Positions 12,707-24,850 are shown, counted from the first letter of the stretch. The stretch: DNA of 64,000 bases from Camelus ferus (GCF_009834535.1 NC_045696.1:21578001-21642000); one strand, 5' to 3'. Notes: a model not told the origin generated them from the sequence alone. Numbers and translations are program-made.

Positions 12707-13570
12707 TCAATTAAAAAAAAAGAGAGAGAGACAAAAGATTTGAACAGATACTTCACCAGAGAATATGTATAGATGATAAATAAGGCTATGAAAAAAAAGA
12801 CTGAACATTATTGGCCATAAAAAATGCAAAGTGAAATTGCTGTGAAATACAGTTATACACCTACTAGAATGGCTTAAAACAAAAAGGCTGATCATACCAA
12901 GTGTTATGTGAGAATGTGGAGGAACTGGAACTCTCATATGCTGCTCTTGAGTTTATGGTAAAGCCACTTTGGAAATAGTGTGGCAGTTTCTTAAAAAGTT
13001 AAATGTGCATCTAAACTTATGAGCCATGTCTTCCATTGCTAGGTATTTACTCAAGAGAAGTAAAATTACCGTCCATAAAATGACTTGTAAATAGATATTG
13101 TTACCAGATTTATTTGTAATAATCAAAACTGTAAACAACTCTAATGTCCATCAACAGATCAATGGATAAACACATTCTGATGTATACATACACCAGAATA
13201 ATATTCAACAATCAAATGGAATAACCTATTGATAATATACAACATGGCTCACTCTCACAATAATTATACAGAGTGAAAAGCAGACAAAAGAATATGTGCT
13301 ATATATGATTGAACTTACATAAAATTTTACAAAATGTCAACTAATGGATAGTGAACAAAATTAGATGAGCGATTTCCTGAAAGTGGTGGGAGTTTGGGCA
13401 GTAAGGAATGATTAGGAACAGACCTAAGGAAACTTTTTTGAAATGATAGATATGTTGATTACTTTGACTGTGATGATGGATTCACAGGTATATCAATAGA
13501 TCAAAATGTCAAATTATACATTTTTAATTTATGCAGTTTAATGGAAGTCAATCATACCACAATAAAACTG
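12707..13570 (+). mobile_element. L1 ORF2 C-terminus and 3' UTR (L1MC/MD-like)
   Basis: 'caaaagatttgaacagatacttcacc...ccactttggaaatagtgtggcagtttc...aatgtccatcaacag...ccacaataaa'. Confidence 0.85.
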
Positions 13571-14070
13571 GCATCTAGAATAAGGAAGAGACAGACTATA
13601 AAACTCAGAAATCTTGTTAAAAATACTTATTTTGGGATTATGAGTTATATAAATGCTAGTCACAGATAGGATAGACATTTATTGTTTTTATAACAATTAA
13701 TATGACAATCCTTTAATATATTCTCTAGATAGTAGATTATTCAATAGATTTTTTGCAATGTGTTAAACAATATAGTATTAATAACTGCACCAGAAAACAC
13801 TCTATGTTGGTTTGTTGTAAACCAGACTAGCAAATTAATAACCGTTTATTGGTGATCCTTCTCTGAATGCACTGCTGATCAAGAGTCAGGATTTCTAGTT
13901 TTAGTAGCTTTTTGTCCCTCAATGTCAGGAAGGAACTTTTCTGGGTGTAACAGCCCATGTCAAAGAAAAAGTGCACATATTAGAAACCTATTAAGGTCAT
14001 ATTCAAGTAATAAGGAGGGGTAGGCAGGAGAAATCTCAGGCACTTTTTGTCTAATTTCAGCCAAAATATT

Positions 14071-16255
14071 AGAGGGCCTCTACAAATTTTGCCAATCGAA
14101 TCTTATTAATACCGTTGGCGCATTCAACTAAAACAGAAGACTGAGGGTGGGAAGCACAGTGAAAATGTTGTAAGACTGACTGAACAGCACAGACTTGTTG
14201 AAGCACATGGCCAGTAAAATGCTTTCATCGAAAAGTCCAAGAGAAGTTCCCCAGGCAGAGATAATCTTTTCCAAAAGGACTGTAGCCGCAGAAGAGGCAG
14301 TAGCCTATCTGCAAGAAAATGCTTCAGTCCGGTGTGAAAACACACAGACCACGACTAAACTATGTCTAGATCCATTAGACAAAAGAAACTGTACAAAATC
14401 CACTTCACAGGCTTTGATTTGTCCATTAGAGAGTTTAAAACATCCGGGAGCAGTACACACAGGGTTCCCTGGGTTGTACTTTGGACAAGTGGAGCAAGTG
14501 AGGTGAGCACTTTTTGCAGCCTTGTTAATGTTTTTACACCAATATTGATTCGCAAAAGTTATCATTTTGCCAGTAGACCAATGGTTAAATGGACATACAG
14601 TGGTGAGGAATTTTAGAATCTCTGGTAAGACTGAGTTGTTCTTTGGTCCAAACCAGAGCTTCCTCTTTTTATCAAACTAAAAACTTGTTGACTTTCCAAT
14701 CTTGTTTTTCCTTTTCTGAAGCCAGTTCTTGGACTTCTATAGCCAGTTTTTCTAAATTATCATTTAGGGAAATACCTCTTTAGACCATGACAGAGCTTTG
14801 GCTGATGTTGGCTCCTTTAAGGGTAGCATTCCTTGCAGAATTATCAGCAACATGGTTTAGCCATGTTGCTTCCCCCAACATTCTCAAATCATGAGCTACT
14901 CCAAAATCATATTAGTATAAACATTGGCAGTTTTGTCCTTGGCCAAATCACAAGCCTGTGTGAGAACATACAATTCAGCCTATTGGGCTGAAGTAATCAT
15001 AAACAAAGACACCACCTTGACAACATAAAAAGGAGGTATAATAGCACACTCAGCGTGATATTTGCCACTGTCACCTTTTAAATAAAAACATCAGTGAACC
15101 ATGAAGGATTAACATTACTCAATAGAATTTCCTGGAGATCACTGCAAGGAATCAGGAGGTGATCCATCAGCCTTAAGCAATCATGAAGGACTTCATCAGT
15201 GACAGAGGGTGGAGAGAGCTGGTGGGTTAATGTTAGTACAATGGAAAAGAATGTGAGGGGCAGTTAACGAAAGGACTTAATGTGAGGTGAGGTGGTGGTT
15301 GACTGAGAAATGTTGTGTGATGAGAATTCAGGGGAAATCTTCTACTGCATGAGGTAAAGAATGGTTAAAGGGGATCCCACAATGATTTTCTTGGTAGCTG
15401 TAACCAAAAGGGCAGTGGATATAATGGGTCTAAGGCAAGAGGAGCATCCCCATGCCACAGGGCCAGTTGTTGACTAGGATACCCTATAGGTCAATGCTGG
15501 TCCTCATGGTTCTGTGTGAGTACCCTAATTTTAATACACAAAAAAGGGGAAAAAGGAGTCTGATAAGTGGATACCCAATGGTAAGTGGGTTCATCAAACT
15601 TTTCTTTAAAGCCTTGAAGACTCTGTCATCTGGTTCTTCCCATAAAGTTGGATGGGAGTTGTTATTGTTGAGTAAAACATATAGAAGTTTGGACATAAGA
15701 GAGAAGTTTGGAATCCAACTTTGACAGTAACCAACTAGCCCAAGAAAGCCTCACAGCTGGTGCTCAGTTTTGGGTTTGGGGAAACTCAGGACACCATGAA
15801 ATCTCTCTGGATCTAAGTGTAGCCCTTGTTCTGATATCAGAGGCTCTAAATACCAAACCTGAATTTGGGCAAATTGCAACTTTTCTTTGGTGATCTTATG
15901 TCCTTTTAAGGGCTAAAAGCTTTAGCAAGTGGATGCTCTCTTCCTGTGAGGAGGTTTGAGAAGGAGAGAGAAGAAGTAAATCATCCACGTATTGCATCAG
16001 AGCAGACACTCTAGGGAACTTTCTATCAATTGGATCAGCCTTCAAGATTTGGGAGGAATAAGAAGGACTCAGTAAAACCCTGAAGCATTACCGTCTAGGT
16101 GAATTGATTTTCTTCCCAGAAGAAGGCAAAAGGGTATTGGCTGGCTTCATCAATTGGAATACTAAAGAATGCACTGGATGAATCAATTACAGTAAAGAAT
16201 TTACTTTTGGTGGGGATAGACATTAGTAATATATGAGAATTAGGAATAACAGAGG
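14071..16255 (-). pseudogene. pol: Disrupted retroviral pol (RT, RNase H, integrase core)
   Basis: YVDD motif, RT connection peptide (LLYVLL...PTLWEEPDDRVFKALKKSLMNPLTIGYP) and integrase motifs, all in broken reading frames. Confidence 0.85.
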
Positions 16256-17281
16256 GCACAGTGGGGGCGTCGGTGGTGTAGAAGGGAAGGAGGAAGATGG
16301 CGCCAGAGGCAGAGCCTGAGACAAAGAAGCCAGGGAAGAAGAGCCTGAGATTTCAGAAGCCATTTTGTTGTTCTTAAATGTGTTTTTGTCTCAGTTAATC
16401 TTACAATCTTATTTTGCAGAAAGGCAATTTTAGGCTCGTGATAATGTTGGGAAGCCTCAAAATATCAATGGAAATAAGCATTCCACTCACTTCTGGAAAG
16501 TTTTGAGCTATTAGGTCCAATTCAGTTCTAAGGAAATTAAGTTTGGGGATTTCTCAAGTTCCCAATAATGGTCATAGATATTCTAAATTGCTTTTCATCA
16601 GATCGGTTCGTTTTAGCTAGAAATGCATGAGGAAAGACCTCAATTTTTAAACATAAAATCAGCCAGAGTCTCTGTGAGGGGAGCATCCTCAAAATACCTA
16701 GATAAGCAGTATTCCATCTTCTACAGGTTTTTCATCTAGAGTGAAGAACAAGTTTTGACCAGATTAAGCACTTTAAGGCACAGATGGCTCAATTCAAATA
16801 GCTTGCAAGCCAATCCCAGCCAGTCCTAAGGAGACAGCTTGGTCCCAGAGAAGAAAGGCCAAAGGCCTTCTTCTTTTTTTTCTTTTTTCTTTTCTTTTCT
16901 TTTTTTTTTTTTTTAAGCCAGGCTCCAGAAGATAGCTTTGCAAAGGAGTAGATCAAAGACTGAAAACCTGGCACCATTTCTGAGAAACATTAGTTCACAT
17001 AGAAACAGGTAGAGGCTAGACAACTTCAGGAGAAGCAGGCTCCGCTCTAAAGGGAATTGGCCAGAGCCTAGACAGTTTCAGGGAAACTGTGTGATCTCAA
17101 AATCAGACTGAAGAGCCAAATGAGTACTCGCATACAGAGCAAGGCCTTAACCAGAAAAGCAAAACCCTTAAATGGATCCCCAGTAAAGCCTGGAAAGCTT
17201 CAAACACAAGGAGTTCATGAGCTAGGATCCAGGAGAAAGACATACCTTCAAACGGTAAGGTCGGTGAGGGGTCTTTTCTGG

Positions 17282-17299
17282 TCCCTGTACCGGCCTCCA
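17282..17299 (-). promoter_or_regulatory. Primer-binding site, tRNA-Ile-like
   Basis: Minus-strand TGGAGGCCGGTACAGGGA lies just inside the LTR. It matches the complement of the tRNA-Ile(AAT) 3' end (TGGTGGCCCGTACGGGGA, recalled from memory) at 15 of 18 positions. Confidence 0.6.
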
Positions 17300-17302
17300 A
17301 AA

Positions 17303-17619
17303 CATCCACCTAAAAACAAGATATTCTCCAGCAAAGATGGGTTTATTTGGGATCAGTAGAGAATTGCAATTCAGGGTCAACAACCATGGTGAGCCACGTG
17401 CTAGTCCCCACAAGGAAAGAGAAGGAGAACACTTTCCTAGAGAGGAAAAGGAAACTCAGGAGAGAGGTAATACACAGACAGTCCACGGCTATTCATTGGC
17501 TGAGTCCTTGCCAGGAAAGGAGTCTTCTTGCTGTGCTGGGCAATTGTCACATGATGTGAGAGCGCCCCCTTCTGGTCTCCTGATTCTATTCAATTGAAGT
17601 TTCTGTTTATCTTTTCACA
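17303..17619 (-). mobile_element. 5' LTR of the ERV1 provirus
   Basis: Minus strand starts TGTGAAAAG at 17619, has AATAAA at 17342-17347 and is followed by the PBS. Confidence 0.8.
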
Positions 17620-17973
17620 AGTTGGTAGATTGAATAAAATAGACCCTCCCCAGAATGGGTGGGGTTAGTTAAAGAATTGTGTGGAACCAAAAGACTGACC
17701 TTCCATAGAGTAAAGGAAATGCCTCCCATCTTGACTGCCTCAGAGCTAGAATATCAGTTTATTGATGCCTTCAGACCCAGACTGAAACAAAGGCTCTGAA
17801 CTTCAAGCCTACCGACCTTTGGATTGGAGCTACACTATTGGGTCTCCTGGTCCTCCAACCTTTGGACTGGAACTATGTCATTGGCTCTCTTGGGTCTCCA
17901 GCTTGCTGACTGCTGATCTTGGGACTTGTCTGTACAACCATCTGAATCAATCTTATATATCTTTTTTTAGGGG

Positions 17974-18029
<56 letters not shown>

Positions 18030-18059
18030 TTCTCCAGCTAGTTCTGTTTCTCTAATATA
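17620..18059 (+). mobile_element. MLT2-type 5' LTR of ERV-L, 5' end missing
   Basis: 'gaccctccccagaatgggtgggg...tgggtctccagcttgctgactgctgatcttgggactt...gttctgtttctct', directly followed by the ERV-L internal start. Confidence 0.8.
17974..18029. repeat. (AGAT)14 tetranucleotide microsatellite
   Basis: Perfect 56-bp run inside the MLT2 LTR. Confidence 0.97.
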
Positions 18060-21000
18060 GGATTTGGTACCAAGAATGGTTCAAGAGGAACAGAATTTTA
18101 AGGATAAGTTTTCTGAACTGGTTCTAGGGTTTCAGGAACTGGTTCTAAAGTCTTATTAGATTTAAAAATATGAATGACTTTATTTCCAGTAGTAAAAGAG
18201 AAACTGCATAGCCAGCCTGCAACGTGATTTAGCAATGGAAGAATACAAAATGTCACCACGAGTTAATCAACTTTTCACAAGAAGCAAGGAGCTGGGTAAT
18301 TGTGTGCTCTATACTTTGAAATATTTTTCTCAAACGAATGTCATGAGATTTGTTGGTAGCTCGTAATGTCACTGGGCAAGTAGGGAAAGAAATGGGTGAG
18401 GTAAGGGAGTTTAATTTGAAGGTCAAGGGCCACATGAAGACCTGAAATCTTCTACTGTGCCCCAGAAGAGATTCTCATCTCCTTTAGCTCCAGGACTGAG
18501 ATTGTTAAAAACCTAACCCAGAATTTCATCCTGCCAGTGGATGAATTTCAAGGTAAATTAAATTCCCAACCCCACAGGGTATAAATGTGAGGGCATTACT
18601 TGGTCAGGAATGGGATCCTATAAGCTGGAATGGGGATTTGTGGGACGACCTTATCAAGCTGGGGATATCAAGCCCCTAAATTCTGGTGAGTCTTCTTTGC
18701 CCCTGAAAGAGGCCTCCCCACTCCCAGTGGAAGCAGCTTCCACAGCCTCAGCGAAAGTGCTTCTCTGCCTTGTCTGAAAGGATTAACTCTGCGTTCCCCA
18801 AGGAAACTGTGACGGTCTCCCCTGAAGCAGTTTTCATACAAAACAATGCAAGTTCTCCTCAGGACCCAGACCCCCTCCTGCCCAGCCCTCTTTGTTTCTA
18901 AGCCTATAATTAGACTCAAGTTCCAACAGGCCCCTAAAAATGAAGAACAAAGTATAACCCATAAGGAGGTACAATCATGCTTTAAAAGAACTACTCGACT
19001 TTTCTAATTTACGCAGACTGAAGTCTGGGAATAGAAGAGCATGGGGAATGTTGGAAAAAATATAAAGTTGAGCCAGGCTGAATTTATTGATATGGGCTCA
19101 CTAAGCAGAGTCTACATTTACTAGCTCAGCTGGGGGAGTTAAAAATGACTCTCACAATTTGTTTGCCTGAAACAGAGATCCACAGGTGGCCCAAAGTGAG
19201 TCAGTTAGAAATGTCAGACCTGCCTTGATTTAACTGTGGAAGAAGGAATTTGAAGGCTTAGGAGTATTGAAATTTTAGAGTAGATTTGTCTAAAAACTAC
19301 TCACCCACACTGGGAAGGTCAAGAAGATTCATCTTTCATCACAACAGGGAGGCGTACACTTGTGAACTCTGTGATCACTCTTTGCTGTAGGACAGACCTT
19401 ACGTGGGCACTGTGGTCACTGAATTGGGGAAACTGAAAGCAAGAGGAGTAATTGGATCCTGGAGTGGTAGGGACCAAGTGTGAGCAAAGGCAAGGTGGGT
19501 GTGGTTACTGTAAATGAACCAGAGTGAAAGCAGGCATCGATTACCTGACTCATGGAGACCTATGATGTTGGCCAGTAGATCGTGCTATTCCTAAAAGTGA
19601 AATACATAGGAAGCCTATTAAAATGTTACTTGATCTGTAAAGGCAGAAACGTTCTAGAACAAGCGAACAAGAGTCTAAGTTGAATCAAAAACAGATTTCT
19701 GAGCCAGTTTATAGACCCAGAAACCTCTCTGGATTAAGAGAAGGCTGTGCTCCCTTGAGGAGGACACTCCTAAAAACATCTTATTCATCCTTCTCCCAGC
19801 CTTCCTCAAAAGGACCTATCATCTTTTTTGCCAGGGTAAGTGTGCACTGGGGAAAAGGAAATAATCAGACTTTGGAGGACACTGGCTCTGAATGGACACT
19901 AACACCAGGAGACCCAAAACATCACTGTTGTCTACCAGTCAGAGTAGGGGCTTAGGGAAGTCTGGTGACCAGTGGGGTTTTAGCTCAGGTCTGTCTCACC
20001 GTGAGCCAAGTGTATCTCAGCCCTTCCTGTGGTTATTTCTCCGGTTCTGAAATGCTCAATTGGATTAGATATACTCATAAACTGGCTTTGTCTCCTGACT
20101 TGTGAACTGAGGGCTATTATTCCACTTAAAGGCCAAGTAGAAGCCACTATAACTGTCTCTATTTAGGAAGCTAATAAGCCAAAAGCAATCCTGAAAGGAT
20201 TGCTGAGATTAGTGCCACCATCAAGGACGTAAAGGATGCCAGGGTGGTGATTCCTACCACTTCCCCATTCAATTTGCTTATTTGGCCTGTGCAGAAGACA
20301 GATGGATCCTGGAATGTAGCAGTGGATCGTCATAGCTTTAACCAGGTTGTGACTCCAACTGCAGCTACTATACCAGATGTGGTTTCACTGCTTGAGCAAA
20401 TTAATGTCTCCACCAGTTCCTGGGATGCAGCTATTGGCCTGGCTTTTTTTTTTTTTTCCCCTCCATACTTGTCAATAGTATCATCAGAAGCAGCAATACA
20501 TCTTCACTGTCCCACCTCAAGAATCCATCAACTCTCCAGCTCTATGTCATAATTTAGTTCCTGGAGCTCTTGATCTCTTTCCCCTTCCACAAGATATCAC
20601 AATGGTTTATGATATTGATGGCATTATGCAGATTGGACCTCATGAGCAGGAAGTAGTAACTCCTTCAGACTTATTGGTAGAATATTCGCCTGTCAGAGTG
20701 AGGAAAAAATAGGACAAAAAATCCAGGAGCATTTTCCTTCAGTGAAATTATTAGGAAATCAGTGGTGTGAAGCATGGCAAAATGTAATAGGGAAGAACAA
20801 ATCTGACTCCATGTTAGATCTGTTCCTTTAGCTCTAACCCTGTGCTTAGTCATGCTGGTTCTGCACCTTTTGTAAAAGAATGTTCCTATAGCCTGAGGTA
20901 TACAGGATAGCCAATTCTCAAGGTTCTAACCTTTAAGGGTATACTTTTCTGTTCATACAGAGATAAAGAATTGCAGAACAGAGACTAACATTTGTCTTGT

Positions 21001-22756
21001 CGGAAGTTTACAGGAACATCATGACCTGACCTATGTGGACAGCTGCAAGAACAAAGGATTCTGACACCAAGAAGTTTGCAACAACCAACCACATCCCTTC
21101 CCCTTTTCAGTACAAAAGGAGCCTGAATTCTGACTTGGGGAAGATGGTTCTCCAGGGCATTAGTCTGCAATCTTCTTGGCCTGCTGGCTTTCTGAATAAA
21201 GTCGTTACTCCTTGCCCCAACACCTTGTCTCCCAGTTTACTGGTCTGTTGAGTGGTGAGCAGAACCAGTTTGAACTTGGTAACAAAAATATCCCTTCTGA
21301 GGTGAAGAATAAGTTGTTATCTCTGGCCCCTCTTATGACCATAAAACAGGCACAACCCTTAGTGGACCTCTCTTGCTTTTGGAGGCAATATATTCCTCAT
21401 TTGGGTGTGTTACTCTGGCCTATTTACTGAGTTATCTAAAATGTTTCTGGTTTTGAGTGAGGCCAAGATCGATAGAAGGCTCCTCGACAGGTCCAGGCTG
21501 CCTTGCCAGCTGCTCTTCTGCTTGATCCATATTATCCAGCAGATTCAATGGTTCTGGAAGCATCAGTGGCAGATAGGGATGCTGTTTTGAGACTTTTGCA
21601 GGCCCCTATAGGTGAGTCACAGTGCAGGCCATGAAGATTTCTGAGCAAAGCCATGCTACCCTCTGTGAATAACTACTACCTTTTTGGAAAAACAGCTCTT
21701 GGCTGTGGAAACTGAACATTTAACCCTTGGCCACCAAGTTACCATGATCACTGCCTATCATGAACTGAGTGTAATGTGATCCACCAAGTCATAAAGTTAG
21801 GCACATGGAGCAACACTTCATCTTTGAATAGAAGTGAGTATATATATGATCAGATTTTAGCTGGCCTTGAAGGCGCAAGTAATTTACATGAAGAAGTGGC
21901 CCAAATGCCCAAATGCTCATGGGCCCCACTCCTGCTACACTGTTTTCTCTCTCCTAGCCTGTACCTTTGGCCTCATGAAAAATTCCCTAATATTTGTTGA
22001 CAGAGAAAGAGAACTACTGGGCCTGGTTTCCACATGACAGGCAGACACCACCTTAAAGTAGACAGCTTCAGCACTAAGATCATTTCCTGAGATGTTCAGG
22101 AAGGACAGTGGTGAGGGGAAATCCTCATAATGGGCAGAACTTCGAGCTGAATACCAAGCTGTTCACTTCACTTGGAAGGAGGAATGGCCAATCGTGAGAC
22201 TGTATACGAATTCATGATCTGTGGCCACTGGTTTGGGTGGATGGTCAGGGTTTTGGAATAAACATAAATGGAAAATTGGTGATAAGAAAATGTAGGGAAA
22301 AATATGTAAGTAGACTTTTCTGAATGGAAAAAATATGAAAATATTTGTCCCATGTGAATGATCACCAAAGAGAACATTTTTATAATCAAGTGGATAGAAT
22401 GACCCATGCTTTGGACACCAGTCAGTGTTTTTCCTCAGCCATCCCTGTCATTGTCCAACAAGGTGGCCACTGTGGCAGGGATGGAGGTTATGCATGTGCT
22501 CAGCAACATGGACTTCCACTCACTGAGACCATCCTGGATTCAGCCACCATTGAGTGCTGAATCTGCCAGCAGCAGAGACCCACACTGAGCTCGTGACATG
22601 ACACCTTTCCCTGGGGTGGTCGGCTAGCTACCTGGTGGCAGGTTGATTACATTTGGCAGCTTCTATCTAGGAATGGGCAATATTCTGCTCTTCCTGGAAT
22701 AGACACTTATTCTGGATATGAACTTACTTTCCCTGAAAAGAATGTTTCTGCCCAAA
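18060..22756 (+). mobile_element. ERV-L internal region (decayed gag, pro, pol), interrupted by a solo LTR and ending at the assembly gap
   Basis: ERV-L-like start 'gatttggtaccaagaatggttcaagaggaacagaattttaaggat'. Protease VHWGKGNNQT..DTGSEWTLTPGDPKHHC; RT VIPTTSPFN..WPVQKTDGSW...IPDVVSLLEQIN; YIDD decayed to DIDG near 20610; QYIPHLGVLLWPIY; integrase WWQVDYI...GIDTYSGY. Confidence 0.92.
20783..21284 (+). mobile_element. Solo ERV1-type LTR nested in ERV-L pol
   Basis: TGTAAT...GTAACA ends, 4-bp TSD AAAA (20779-20782 and 21285-21288) and AATAAA at 21195. ERV-L pol is continuous across the insertion. Confidence 0.9.
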
Positions 22757-22856
22757 NNNNNNNNNNNNNNNNNNNNNNNNNNNNNNNNNNNNNNNNNNNN
22801 NNNNNNNNNNNNNNNNNNNNNNNNNNNNNNNNNNNNNNNNNNNNNNNNNNNNNNNN
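22757..22856. other. Assembly gap (100 N)
   Basis: Run of exactly 100 N. Confidence 1.
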
Positions 22857-22979
22857 CTTTAATCATTTTTCAAAAATTTATACAAAATACTGTGGAATTG
22901 TCCTTTTTATCACATTAAATATATTCCTCTTTACCTTGATTAATATCTCTATCTCTGTGAACACTTCACTTTGTCAATT

Positions 22980-23172
22980 TTTTCATGTTTTAATTAAGAC
23001 ATAATTGACATATAACATTATATTAGTTTCAGTTGTACAACATAATGATTATATATATTATATATGTATTATATGTATATAAATGATCACTATAATAAGT
23101 CTAAATAATAGCCACCACACTATAGTTACATTTTTTCCTTCTTGTGATGAGAACATTTACAATCTACTCAAC
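22980..23172 (-). mobile_element. Short L1 3'-end insertion
   Basis: 'ataattgacatataacattatattagtttcagttgtacaacataatgatt...cttgtgatgagaacatttacaatctactc' is an antisense L1 3' UTR. Confidence 0.8.
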
Positions 23173-23221
23173 TTTTTCATTTGAAAGATAAAAAGGCAAT
23201 GTTTATAAATAGTTCTTTTCA

Positions 23222-23365
23222 AACTACCTGTGTAACTTTGGGCAAGCCATTTGCCCTCTTTAAACTTCAATTCTCTGATTTTAAAAATATTGTTAAGACC
23301 TCAAAGAGTTTCTGTATAGATGAAATAAGATAATCTATTTTAGTGGTTTTCCTACAACAAGGTGC
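23222..23365 (+). mobile_element. MIR remnant
   Basis: 'actacctgtgtaactttgggcaagccatttgccctct...acctcaaagagtt...gatgaaataagataat'. Confidence 0.65.
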
Positions 23366-23439
23366 TACCTTCACTGTGTTACTCTATAATATTTAACACC
23401 ATTACAAATAGTAGTTTAAAAACACTGGTCCAACCCTAG

Positions 23440-24850
23440 AATCAGATGACTTCCCTGGGGCCTTCTTTAAAATATTTAAAGAGGGAAAAATACAAACTCT
23501 CTAAGTGTTTTTGCCAGAATTTCCAGAGCTCTGCAAAGTTACAAGATTACCATGAGATCTTAAGATCAGTATCTGAAAAAGATGTGACAGGAAAACTAAA
23601 GATTTATCTCATGAACAAGATATTATCAAATATGACACAACAATATGCACAAAAGAGATGTTATGACAAAGTATGCTTTATTTCAGAAATTCAAGGAACG
23701 TTATTATTCATAAACCAAGTGATATTATTCACCATATTATTAGAATAAAGGAGGAAAACTATATAACTTTTTAAACAGTGCTAAAAATTATTTGACAAAA
23801 TTCTGTACTCATTTGTGATTAAAAACAAACAAAACAAACAAAATAACTTAGCAAAATAAGAATAGTGTGGAATGTCTTTAACCTGACAAATGGTACCTAC
23901 AAAAGACCTGTAACAAACATTATACCTGATGAGATTTTCCTAATGACTTCAAGAATGAAAAAAAAAGAATGCCTGCCATTATCCCTTTTATTCTACATTG
24001 TACTGAAGATTTTAGTCAGTTATAATAAGGAAAGAAAAAATACATAAATATTTAAATAAGGAGAAAATAAAACTGTCAATATTCAAAGATGATCTGATCC
24101 TGTGCATAGAAAATCCAGTAATTTAGCAAGCATACTGGATACAAATCAACATGAAAAAAACAATTGTATTGATTTTGTTTACTAGCTACAAACACATGGA
24201 AAGCAAAATTTAAAAAGATGCCATTTATAATAGCAACAACATAAACAAATTATACACAATTTTTACAAACTATGTATAAGAACTGTATAGTAAAACATAA
24301 ATAAATAAATAAAATAAAGAAGGCTTAAGCAACTCAATATATTGGAACACTCAATATTACAAAGGTGTCCATCCTACCTAATCTGATTTGCAACCCCAAT
24401 TAAAAATCTCTTAATAATGAAGAAAATGACAATGTGATCCTAAAATTTATAAATTAATGCAAAGGGCTGAAAATAGGCAAGGTAATCTTGAAGAATAAGA
24501 ACAAAAACAGAAATGCACACTCACAAATATTTTATACATTTAAAGTAATTAAGACTGCATGATGATGGTGCTATATATAATAGAAAATAGACAATGAAAA
24601 CATAATATAGAGTACAGAAACAGACCAACACATGTATGATCACCTTATTTATGACAGTGACCTGCAGTATAGTGGGGAAAGGTAAATCTTTTCAATAAAT
24701 AGTGCCAGGTCAATTGGAAGTCCAATTGGAAAAATATTACATCTTGATCCCCATATATACCGTATTATATATAGAAATATACCAGATGATTTGCATATCT
24801 AACTATGTAAAATATATGAATAAATAAATAGAAATATAGACATTTTTCTG
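23440..24850 (+). mobile_element. Old L1 ORF2 fragment
   Basis: Degenerate RT-region peptides (KKECLPLSLLFYIVLKIL) and 'atatagagtacagaaacagaccaacacatgtatgatcaccttattt'. Confidence 0.8.

Larger units (their letters stand above)
13854..17302 (-). mobile_element. Class I (ERV1, gamma-like) provirus internal region, decayed and internally deleted
   Basis: The minus strand shows a gag MA-like start near 16716, RT (TVIDSSSAFFSIP; QYVDDLLL with YVDD at 15980-15991), RNase H (SWFTD..., SAQ*AELY) and the integrase Zn-finger/core (CSTCPKYNPG...EVDFVQ...VCVFSHRTEAFSCR, ORF 14305-14565). Many stops and frameshifts. Confidence 0.9.

Noticed and set aside
13854..14071. Syncytin-like or otherwise intact env
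   Set aside because: Only about 220 bp remain after integrase, with no env ORF or TM motifs.
18060..22756. ERV-L-derived domesticated gene (e.g. Fv1-like gag)
   Set aside because: gag and pol are broken by many stops and frameshifts, the RT catalytic motif has decayed, and a solo LTR interrupts pol.
22663..22918. ORFs spanning the N run
   Set aside because: They are artefacts of translating the assembly gap.
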